Assembly (NCBI GenBank): GCA_043825735.1
Contig: JBDRRP010000045.1
Span: 50,693-70,692, forward strand
DNA from: Pseudomonadota bacterium
GTDB lineage: Bacteria > Desulfobacterota > Desulfobacteria > Desulfobacterales > JBDRRP01
Direction of reading: 5' to 3'
DNA length: 20,000 bases
Shown here: piece by piece, positions 9,698 to 17,113 of the stretch
How the letters are laid out: each line of letters starts with the position of its first letter
Numbering within the stretch: the first letter of the stretch is position 1
Program-made: the position numbers and the translations under genes
Notes under the pieces: model-generated
What the model was told of the DNA's origin: nothing
Databases searched by the model: none
What the model saw: only the letters and a program-made list of their open reading frames with translations

Positions 9698-9786
9698 GCG
9701 ATATTTATTTTCCGTCCGCCCGTGGACGGATCGGTTTCATTCAATCGACCGTGCTCAGCGCCGCCATGATGCAGGTGCTCATATTC

Positions 9787-9921
9787 TGATGCATTCGTAA
9801 AAAGTCTGAAATCACCACAGAGGACGCAGAGAGCGCAGAGATAACTTTTTAATTATTCATAATATTCTCTGCGGTCCTCTGCGCTCTCTGTGGTTCAAAA
9901 TCACTTTTTACGGTTACATCA
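9787..9921. mobile_element. MITE/REP-like palindromic element (135 bp)
   Basis: Terminal IRs TGATGCATTCGTAAAAAGT / ACTTTTTACGGTTACATCA (16/19 match). Internal IR ACCACAGAGGACGCAGAG...CTCTGCGCTCTCTGTGGT around an AT-rich core. Confidence 0.8.
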
Positions 9922-10057
9922 CACATTGACATTTGTCGCATTGCTGATGAGTTATTCTTTCAATGTGTAGGTCTGACCCTATGTTTTTTCGCGCTCCCGG
10001 CGCCCCATGGATCTTGCGGGATAGGCGAGCCGTATCATCGTCCTTCCCGGGTTTTCA

Positions 10058-10107
10058 CTGTATTATTTACGTTGACATCGTAAATATTACAGGTTATTTG
10101 TGTTTCC
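10058..10107 (+). promoter_or_regulatory. sigma70-like promoter with operator palindrome, probably leaderless
   Basis: TTGACA at 10072-10077 sits between 14-bp inverted arms CTGTATTATTTACG / CGTAAATATTACAG (13/14 match). ATG lies 30 nt after the -35 box, and no Shine-Dalgarno is visible. Confidence 0.6.
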
Positions 10108-11379
10108 ATGTCGAATTTTCCCCCATACCTGACGCGAAGCCTGACAGACCGCCTACCGCCGCCCGACACCCCGCGCATCGCCGTGCTTACCGGTGCCCGG
10201 CAAACCGGGAAAACAACCCTTGCCAGACGGGTTTACCCGGGCCTTCGCTACATCAATCTTGATGCGCCGGAAAACCGCGATGCTTTGCGGGAAACCAGCA
10301 CCATCGGCTGGGGGCAAACAATCGGAAACGCCATTATCGACGAGGCCCATAAAGCGCCTGTCGTATTTGAAAAGGTGAAGTACGCCTTTGATGAAAAGGA
10401 TATTTCTTTTACCGTGCTGACCGGTTCCAGCCAGATCCTCCTTTTGAAAAACATTTGCGAATCGCTGGCAGGCCGGGCTTTTTTTTATGAACTCTGGCCG
10501 ATGATGCAATGCGAGTTGTGCAGTCACCTGTCGTCCGGGGAAACCGGTCCACCGATGTTGCACCACCTGGCGGCAGCGCCTGACATCGGCGCATTCATGT
10601 CTTCGATGTCAAACATGGTGCTCGAAGCTGAGGATTTCCCGAGTAAAGCGATTGAAGCCCACCTGCTCGCGTGGGGCGGTATGCCCTCACTGCTTGAGCT
10701 TTCCGACGAGGACCGGTGGCAGTGGTTGAAAAACTATGGACACACCTACCTCGAGCGCGATTTGCGGGACCTTTCGCGCATGGATGATCTGGCACCTTTT
10801 CGCAAGTTTCAGAAACTATCCGCGCTACGCTCGGCGATGCTGCTGAATTATTCTGAACTGGCCAGAGATGCCGCAATCAGTGTGGACACCGCCCGCCGTT
10901 ATCTTGAATACCTGCGCATCTCCTACCAGATCGTGCTGCTGCAGCCCTACTACCGCAACCTGACCAGTTCGGCGGTCAAGACACCCAAGCTGTACTGGAC
11001 CGATATCGGCATCTGGCGACAATTGACCGGCTTTCGCGGCGCGTCTTCCGGGCAACTGTACGAGAGCATGGTGGTTTCCGAAGTGATCAAGTGGGTGCGA
11101 ACGGCTCAGGACGATCTTGATGTCTATTACTACAGGACGCGGTCGGGTCTGGAGGTGGACTTGCTTTTGGAAAATGCTCAGGGGGTGATCGGCATAGAAA
11201 TCAAATCACGCGAGACCATCTCCGGCCCTGACACCAGCGCACTCAAGGCCGTGGCCCTGGCCCTGGGGGACCGCTGGCGCGGAGGACTGGTCATTTACTC
11301 CGGGCGACGGATCGAACGGATCGCAGACCCGAATATCTGGGCAATCCCCAGCCGGCGGCTGTTCCAACCGCTGCAATAA
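10108..11379 (+). CDS. AAA_14 ATPase with DUF4143 (PD-(D/E)XK-like) C-terminal domain
   Basis: GARQTGKTT, IIDEAH, LTGSS, ESLAGR, WGGMP, KTPKLYWTDIG, YYRTRSGLEVDLL, IEIKS. Confidence 0.92.
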   Translation: MSNFPPYLTRSLTDRLPPPDTPRIAVLTGARQTGKTTLARRVYPGLRYINLDAPENRDALRETSTIGWGQTIGNAIIDEAHKAPVVFEKVKYAFDEKDISFTVLTGSSQILLLKNICESLAGRAFFYELWPMMQCELCSHLSSGETGPPMLHHLAAAPDIGAFMSSMSNMVLEAEDFPSKAIEAHLLAWGGMPSLLELSDEDRWQWLKNYGHTYLERDLRDLSRMDDLAPFRKFQKLSALRSAMLLNYSELARDAAISVDTARRYLEYLRISYQIVLLQPYYRNLTSSAVKTPKLYWTDIGIWRQLTGFRGASSGQLYESMVVSEVIKWVRTAQDDLDVYYYRTRSGLEVDLLLENAQGVIGIEIKSRETISGPDTSALKAVALALGDRWRGGLVIYSGRRIERIADPNIWAIPSRRLFQPLQ

Positions 11380-11566
11380 GCCCGGCGCAGAGGATGCTTC
11401 GATCGCTGTACATATTTTATGTTCCATGATATCAGGCGCTTACAATGCTTAAATTTATATTCTAAGATGTCCCCAACTCCCACGCTTTTTATGGAACTAT
11501 CGAAATTGACGATTCACGACAAGTTTCTGCCGCCCAGGGGCACCAGACGCCGTTTATGGGTGGGGA

Positions 11567-12622
11567 CTAACTAGCTGCATTGGCGGTGGCTATCGCGCCG
11601 GCCGCGGCCACAATGGCCGCGGCCTCGTCCGGGCGTGGCGCGAGGGGATAGACGGACTGCCACCCGTCAAGCCCGATAACCACCGGCGCGGCGACCACGC
11701 CGTGAATATCCAGCCATTCACCGGCCAGCGCGACCTGCGCTGGAATCACCCTGAGATCGCTGCCGACAAAGGCCCTGACCATCTCGAGCACGGCGTGGGC
11801 GGTTGCCATTTCAGTGGTGTGACCCGTCGTGAAGTGGGTGAAAAAAGGCTTTACCACCGCGCGCAGATCCGCCGGCAACGCCTGGACATAGGCGTATGCC
11901 GCCTCGATCTGTCCACTTTTGACAAGCTGCAGCATCCGGCCCTTGTGGGTGCGTGATTCATTGGGAAATTCGGCCATTGTCCGCCCCGCACGGGACTTGC
12001 CGCACAGGGCCTCGACCGCGGCCGCTGGGACGCCGCTCACCCGCAACTGGCTCCACAACGCAACGGCATGGTCACCATGCTGGCCCAGCATGAACGTGTT
12101 GACCCGGGGCCTTGCCACGCCCATATCAGCGGCGATCTCGGCGCGCAGCCTCAGCGTGTCCGAGAGCGCGCCCGCACCCAGGACCTGCCTCGGCCCCAGC
12201 CGCTCGGCGAAGATCTTCACGCCGAGTTCCACCGGGTTAGACTGGACGATGACCACGGGCGGCCGCCCCGGGCGCGCAGCCAGCGCATCGGCATAGTTCG
12301 CGAAAATCCGGCCATTGGTCTTGCCCAGGGCTGCGCGGTCGATAGGGGCATTGGGGTCGGTTGAAATGGTGACACCCGCCAGCATGACAACCAGATCGCC
12401 GTCCACCGCGTCAGGATCCAGTACGACTTCGATAGACGGCGCATGGTCTACAAACGCGTCCTCCAGATCGGCACGCAACCCCCACAGCTCGTGCTCACTG
12501 CTTCCGCCATGGTGGCCGACCAATTGCACCCGGGCGCTGGGAGGCAGGAGGTTTTCGTCCAAAAGTTGCGCAGCCACTTGTCGACCGCAGTGCCCCGCGG
12601 CCCCGATGATCGAAACGTTCAT
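11567..12622 (-). CDS. lactate/malate dehydrogenase family protein (atypical)
   Basis: IIGAAGHCG Rossmann motif, SNPVE, LSDTLRL, LGQHGD (catalytic His). GGAGGAG RBS upstream. Confidence 0.88.
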   Translation of the reverse strand: MNVSIIGAAGHCGRQVAAQLLDENLLPPSARVQLVGHHGGSSEHELWGLRADLEDAFVDHAPSIEVVLDPDAVDGDLVVMLAGVTISTDPNAPIDRAALGKTNGRIFANYADALAARPGRPPVVIVQSNPVELGVKIFAERLGPRQVLGAGALSDTLRLRAEIAADMGVARPRVNTFMLGQHGDHAVALWSQLRVSGVPAAAVEALCGKSRAGRTMAEFPNESRTHKGRMLQLVKSGQIEAAYAYVQALPADLRAVVKPFFTHFTTGHTTEMATAHAVLEMVRAFVGSDLRVIPAQVALAGEWLDIHGVVAAPVVIGLDGWQSVYPLAPRPDEAAAIVAAAGAIATANAAS

Positions 12623-13187
12623 ACACTCCTCCGTTGCATGGCGTCAGTCCCCTGTTTTCGTCGTTTAGGGTAGATAAACCATGAATTGGCTAACGTTTGA
12701 CATGCGTTTCCCATTTCAACTAAACTATCATCGATATTTGTAAAAAGTGAAGCATGAATATGCAGGCCCCATGAGAGTGGGCCTGTGCGTCGCTGACTAT
12801 GTCTACTCAGCGATTTGAGCAGCAGATGGCACACCCTGAAGAGATACTTGTGCAGACTCTTTAGGTTATCGCTTACACAACACACCGTCCCCAACTCACC
12901 CCTTATCTCTCTGTTGCGCACGCGCCTCACGCCGGGGCTTTACCGCGTGTAAGAATTGTTGACACTCATCGATTTCCGAAGCTGGTGGCGATCGCCCCTT
13001 ACTATTGTCCATCCATAAACGGCATCTTTCGGCCCAGAGCTGCGTATTCACATTTTTTTAAACCACCGAAATAGAAGGCTATTCCGCTGGTTTCGAAAAT
13101 GCTCAAGCCTTGCTCTGAACTAAAATCTACCATTTCTGGATAGACACTAACTATACCAAAAGCCAAGCGATTCCTGTTGTGATGATC

Positions 13188-13204
13188 TTGGTATGATATT
13201 TGCT
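13188..13204 (+). promoter_or_regulatory. sigma54 -24/-12 promoter
   Basis: TTGGTATGATATTTGCT matches TGGCAC-N5-TTGC with correct GG/GC spacing, 30 nt upstream of ATG 13234. Confidence 0.65.
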
Positions 13205-13233
13205 GATTTCTCAAAAACAATGGAGGGGACGAT

Positions 13234-13512
13234 ATGGCTAAAAATTTCAGTGTACGCGCGAAAAAAAGCAGCGATCGCGCCCTGGCATTAATGTTGTCCG
13301 GCGATTTTGATGAATCAGCCGCCCGCAAACTGATCACTGTTTTGGAAAAAACCGTTCAGGAGACCTTCACCGTGGCCATCGATACGGATTGTTTGAAATC
13401 GGTCGATGCCTTCGGGCTCGATGTATTCCTTCCGCGGATGTCTTTGTTGAACGACACCCGAGCGGATATCGAGGTGACCGGACGGTTCCGGGGGGTTTTT
13501 CGGGAAGCATGA
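13234..13512 (+). CDS. small STAS/anti-sigma-antagonist-like protein
   Basis: 92 aa with GGAGGGG RBS. LxLSGDFDESAA..L and IDTDCLKSVDAFGLDVF fit a STAS-like pattern. Confidence 0.7.
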   Translation: MAKNFSVRAKKSSDRALALMLSGDFDESAARKLITVLEKTVQETFTVAIDTDCLKSVDAFGLDVFLPRMSLLNDTRADIEVTGRFRGVFREA

Positions 13513-13571
13513 GGCGCCGGACACGGCGTCCGGCTTTTCCTTTTAACGGAATACACGAAGGGGGGCTGCAG

Positions 13572-13793
13572 GTGCACACCATCGTTTTAAGGTCGGACAG
13601 TATCCGCAGGGATAATCCGCTGCATGAAACCCTTAGAATGCTGTTTCCGCAATGCCGGATCATCATCATGAACAATCAGGACGCCTCGTTTCAACGCGAC
13701 ATGTCCACAACCCGTCAGAGGCGCCATCGTTTTCGAAAACCAGAGAAAATATCTGATGGTATCGCTTTTCCTTCCGAACGTCAGGCCGATTAG
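13572..13793 (+). CDS. small hypothetical protein (73 aa, LRMLFPQCRI motif)
   Basis: GTG start after GAAGGGGGG RBS, 59 nt downstream of the STAS-like gene. Confidence 0.5.
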   Translation: MHTIVLRSDSIRRDNPLHETLRMLFPQCRIIIMNNQDASFQRDMSTTRQRRHRFRKPEKISDGIAFPSERQAD

Positions 13794-13983
13794 ATATAGC
13801 AGTTTAGGGCGCAGGCCAACACTCTGCCAATTGTTATCCTACCGATGATTCATTTTCTAAAAGTGTGGGTTTGATCCTTCAATTTTCAGGAACTTGAAAT
13901 TCTAGGGGCGTCCCCAAAGTACCATACGGGGCATCGGCCGGCCTGTGGCGAGAACGGTCGGCATCCTGCGCCGCCACATCTGC

Positions 13984-14008
13984 GTAGGGGCGTACCTTGT
14001 GTTCGCCC
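13984..14008 (+). repeat. GTAG-type REP-like element
   Basis: GTAG followed by imperfect hairpin GGGCGTAC-CTTGT-GTTCGCCC. Confidence 0.55.
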
Positions 14009-14073
14009 ATGGCATCGGGGGGCCTGACCCGGCGATTATGGGCATATCGATTCATGGGGTGCCGTTTTTCTTT

Positions 14074-15342
14074 TTAGTTGAAAACGCGGGTGTCGAAGAC
14101 TTCAAATCGCGGGGCAGGATGGCGCTTGGCCATGGATGAAGCGGCCCATTTGCTTTTCAGACGATCGAGAATCGCTTTGGATTCGCCGGCGGTCAGTTTT
14201 TTGAACTTCACTTCCGCCGCCATAAGGCGTGACGGGTTGTCCGGGTCCGGGGCGACCATGTCGATTTCCAGATCACGTTCCCAATAACGCGCCGCGCCAG
14301 GATAACGGCTGCGGCAATAGGCTTCAAAGACCCACGAGGCATGCTCGTGGATGAGTCGGTGCTTTTGCTCCGGCGGGTATGATGCCCACCGGCTCTGATG
14401 GGGCGAAAACACTCCGAACCAGAAACGCATGGCCGGATCCTCGATCTGGTAGAGAATTTTTCGAGTCGAGCGGACGCTTTCCCCATAGGGCAACTCACGG
14501 GTCAGGATGGATGCGTCCATTAATTGCTGAAAAAGCCGAGACAGGTTGGTCTGCGCCGTATTAAGCCGGAGGGCGATTTCCGAAGGCCTGTGGGCGCCCC
14601 GGCCGATGGCCTCCAGCACCGCCAGAGCGTTGAGCCCTCCGACACCCTCATCTCGCAAGAGACGCAGCGGTTCGTTTTCCATGTACGGGGCAAAATCGAA
14701 GTACAAGTCTTCGACAAAATCCACGACATCGCCGCCGGGGTCGACGAACTCCCAGTATTTTGGGATCCCCCCGACACAGGCGAATTTTTCAAAGGATGCC
14801 GGGTCCGCCAAATCCTGGCCGCAGGCCCGGCAAAACGCCGGATAGTCCATGGGCCGCACCTGAAGCAGTTTGGATGCCCTGCCGTAAAGCGGCGCCGAAC
14901 GGTTGAGAAACAAATCGTTCATCATTCGGGTGCTGGATCCGGCCAGAATCAAGAGTGCCCCCGACGGCATCGAATGATCCAGCCATTTTTGCAGGCGGCT
15001 CGGCAAAGAAGGATCAACGGCCGTCAAGTAAGGGAACTCGTCGATGCATAGCACCCAGGGCCGCTGCTGCAAAGACAGCAACTCCAGCAATTCGGCCCAC
15101 GTTTTGGGCGTAATTTCCGTTTCCAGATGCCCCTTCAAATCATCGAACACCTGCCTGAGCTGCAGATCGCTTTGGGCCTCGATCGCCTGACTGTAGAGAC
15201 CGCCCCGGATATTAAGCCAATGTCTTACCAGACGGGTCTTGCCCACGCGCCGACGGCCGTAGACGACCAATAGACCACCGCGCTTGGCAGCCGATTCCAA
15301 TTCCAGCAATTCCCGGTCCCGGTTTACGAATTCAAGCTTCAT
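14074..15342 (-). CDS. archaeal-type ATPase (ATPase_2) with winged helix and DUF234-like PD-(D/E)XK C-terminus
   Basis: Start probably ATG 15342 (MKLEFVNRDREL). YGRRRVGKT, IDEFPYL, AGSS, PLYGR, GGIPKY, EIDMV..AEVKF. Confidence 0.9.
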   Translation of the reverse strand: MKLEFVNRDRELLELESAAKRGGLLVVYGRRRVGKTRLVRHWLNIRGGLYSQAIEAQSDLQLRQVFDDLKGHLETEITPKTWAELLELLSLQQRPWVLCIDEFPYLTAVDPSLPSRLQKWLDHSMPSGALLILAGSSTRMMNDLFLNRSAPLYGRASKLLQVRPMDYPAFCRACGQDLADPASFEKFACVGGIPKYWEFVDPGGDVVDFVEDLYFDFAPYMENEPLRLLRDEGVGGLNALAVLEAIGRGAHRPSEIALRLNTAQTNLSRLFQQLMDASILTRELPYGESVRSTRKILYQIEDPAMRFWFGVFSPHQSRWASYPPEQKHRLIHEHASWVFEAYCRSRYPGAARYWERDLEIDMVAPDPDNPSRLMAAEVKFKKLTAGESKAILDRLKSKWAASSMAKRHPAPRFEVFDTRVFN

Positions 15343-15389
15343 GGAAAATACCATGCCGGAAAACATTATGCTTTTCAAGCATAATGTTT
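15343..15389 (-). promoter_or_regulatory. operator palindrome overlapping the putative -35 of the ATPase gene
   Basis: Perfect 13-bp IR AAACATTATGCTT-N3-AAGCATAATGTTT (15361-15389). Minus-strand TTGAAA at its centre ends 30 nt before ATG 15342. Confidence 0.6.
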
Positions 15390-15441
15390 CTGTAGCATAA
15401 AGATCAGCTTGGTTGCAGATGGACACTTTGACTTTTGTTAT

Positions 15442-16197
15442 TCATGCCGGATCGTCGAAGCCAAACAGGGTGCTCTGCATTTTTCGGGTAACGTAGGCCA
15501 CTTGGGAAAGGGTGAAGTAGGCGCCACGGATGCGATGGGAGCGGCGTCGGTGCTGACGGGCGTGTTCTTCTGACCAGAAGAAGACGCAGACCTTTCAGAA
15601 TCCGTCGATGATGCTCGGCGCGTCTAGGGTGGCCAGGTCCAGGTCCGGCACAAAGGCCATCGGATCGGCCCCGGCGGTGCGGACGGCATAGTTCAGATCG
15701 CTGTCGATCTGGATTTCCAGCGGCGCTCGGCAGCAGGCGCACTCGCTTTGCACGCGGATGGACAGATCCTCGTTTCGCAGGCGCCCTTGCACGAAGGGCG
15801 TGGCAAAGACATCGGCCGCTCAGGCCGCGTGGATGGACTCGCCGGTGTCAAAGTCGATCCTATGGGGCGTCTTTTCCACGGTGACCGGGTAGGCCCAGGT
15901 CACCGCCCCGCCCGGGTTTCGAAACAAAAAGGTCATGTGCCGCTGCAAGTCGTCGAGAATGCTGATCACGGTTTCCCGTGACAGATCAAGGGCGCCGGCG
16001 ATATCGTCCGGCGTTACGGGCCGGCCGTAGCGCGGCAGTTCGCGGACCACGAAATGGTGGACCCGGCGGTGACCGGCCGTCATGAACCGGAGGTTCCGCC
16101 CGATTTTTTGTTTTCCCTTTTCGATCTGCTTTTCCCAGAGCACCGGCGGCACACCGATCATGAACTTCCACAGCCCCGCCATAAGCTTGTTGGACAT
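15442..16197 (-). CDS. MerB-like organometallic lyase, probable selenoprotein with two Sec (U126, U201), 251 aa
   Basis: A single frame interrupted only by UGA at 15820-15822 and 15595-15597. N-terminal HTH, AYPVT..TPHR, IHAA-U-AAD (compare MerB YAWCALD), SECACC, GF-U-KVCVFFWSEE (compare MerB SFCCHVHFFAS). GGGAGG RBS. A hairpin follows each UGA. Confidence 0.85.
15560..15587 (-). promoter_or_regulatory. SECIS-like hairpin for the second UGA
   Basis: mRNA GCGU-C-UUCUUCU-GGUC-AGAAGAA-C-ACGC, starting 7 nt after the UGA. Confidence 0.75.
15782..15800 (-). promoter_or_regulatory. SECIS-like hairpin for the first UGA
   Basis: mRNA CGCCCUU-CGUGC-AAGGGCG, starting 19 nt after the UGA. G-containing apical loop. 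Confidence 0.7.
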
Positions 16198-16335
16198 TTT
16201 TCCTCCCCCTTTTCAAGGTCAAACCGTTTTCCGGGAAACGGCAAATAAATTTGACAATCCTTATATTCGGCGATCAATCGGAGACTGTTCTTGACTCCCC
16301 GCGGATTGTCCCGGCAGTAGCGCATCGTAATGCCC

Positions 16336-16366
16336 AGGATAGGGAGTGAACCTATAGACGGGTCAA
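16336..16366 (-). promoter_or_regulatory. promoter TTGACC-N19-TATCCT (MerR-type spacing) upstream of the MerB-like gene
   Basis: 19-nt spacer, imperfect dyad TGACCC-N7-GGTTCA, conserved in the second copy. Confidence 0.6.
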
Positions 16367-16373
16367 GCAGTAT

Positions 16374-16904
16374 TTACTTTTTGGGTTTCGGAACATTCAG
16401 GTTGAGCATGCGGTGGACGCGGCCGGAAAAGAAAGCGCGGTAGGTTTTGGCAAGTGGCACGGCATATCCGGCGGCGGCCGCCAGATTGAAACCGGCCTCG
16501 ATGTAGATGCCGAACCGGATGGAAAAAACCGTGGCCAGGGGCGCCCAGACCAGGAGGCTCAGGGCGATGCAGACCCAGGCCCAGCGCTCCCGGCGGCGGA
16601 AGGGAATCAGGGACAGGAAAAAAAGGCACACGCACCAACCGGCGACGACGGCGCCCAGAACGGAAAAGATCCAGGGGTGGTAGCGGGCCACGGCCTCGTG
16701 AAGATCGGCGCGTGCCCACAGCGCCTTGGCGATGGCGCTGTTATAGGCGGCAAACAGCGGCCCGGTTGAACCGAATGCCATGAATATGCCGAAGGCGATT
16801 CCCAGGCCGCTGTAAACCACCATCCACCATTGCCAGAGCCGAAAACGCTTTGGACCGCCGTGCTGCAATTCACCCATTGTCCACCTGTGATATATTCTTT
16901 TCAC
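16374..16904 (-). CDS. hypothetical integral membrane protein (about 4 TM)
   Basis: Four hydrophobic segments and a PFRRRERWAW loop. Start uncertain (GTG 16904 or ATG 16877). Confidence 0.7.
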   Translation of the reverse strand: MKRIYHRWTMGELQHGGPKRFRLWQWWMVVYSGLGIAFGIFMAFGSTGPLFAAYNSAIAKALWARADLHEAVARYHPWIFSVLGAVVAGWCVCLFFLSLIPFRRRERWAWVCIALSLLVWAPLATVFSIRFGIYIEAGFNLAAAAGYAVPLAKTYRAFFSGRVHRMLNLNVPKPKK

Positions 16905-17113
16905 CGTGATTCTGTAACCGGCTTATCCACAATTCGCAAATTAACTTTACTCGCAGCACTGAGCTGGAACCACGAAGTGCACGAAGCTGCAAGATGGCGT
17001 TGATGCGTTTTTGATTTGCTGGCGCTGACGACCCTGACCATGAAACTCACGTTTGATGAAACCGTCAAAGGCCAATGCGCCCGTTGATATTTTATTCACC
17101 ACGAGATCGCGAT

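Larger units (their letters stand above)
8778..9708 (-). repeat. degenerate direct-repeat copy of the 14042-16376 MerB-like + ATPase unit
   Basis: Colinear matches: 8778-8908 to 14042-14171, 8909-9110 to 14793-14994, 9111-9138 to 15419-15446, 9139-about 9596 to 15788-about 16245, and 9668-9708 to 16337-16376. Confidence 0.95.

Noticed and set aside
9787..9921. CRISPR array or tRNA
   Set aside because: A single nested inverted repeat with no repeat-spacer periodicity and no cloverleaf. No cas genes in the window.
12619..13230. AT-rich stretch with ORFs 12619-12930 and 13002-13337, considered as genes, integron attC or ncRNA
   Set aside because: No convincing RBS or protein motifs, no paired attC boxes, and no recognisable RNA family.
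15343..15426. N-terminal extensions in the ORF track (also 3754-3876, 7503-7586, 7705-7749, 18077-18217, 18739-18840, 19180-19299)
   Set aside because: Downstream starts have better RBS or family-typical N-termini, and several extensions run through other genes, operators or the MITE.
15343..15444. The third UGA (15442-15444) is in frame with the ATPase ORF, suggesting a MerB-ATPase readthrough fusion
   Set aside because: No hairpin follows it, it falls at the natural end of the MerB fold, and the linker is AT-rich and contains the ATPase's own operator/promoter.
15595..15822. Genome-wide UGA reassignment (code 4/25) or simple pseudogenisation as the explanation for the UGAs
   Set aside because: Other genes end at UGA with ATGA overlaps (3750) or at natural C-termini (8452). 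Two chance nonsense mutations at both catalytic Cys codons, each with a hairpin and one shared by the diverged paralog, is unlikely.
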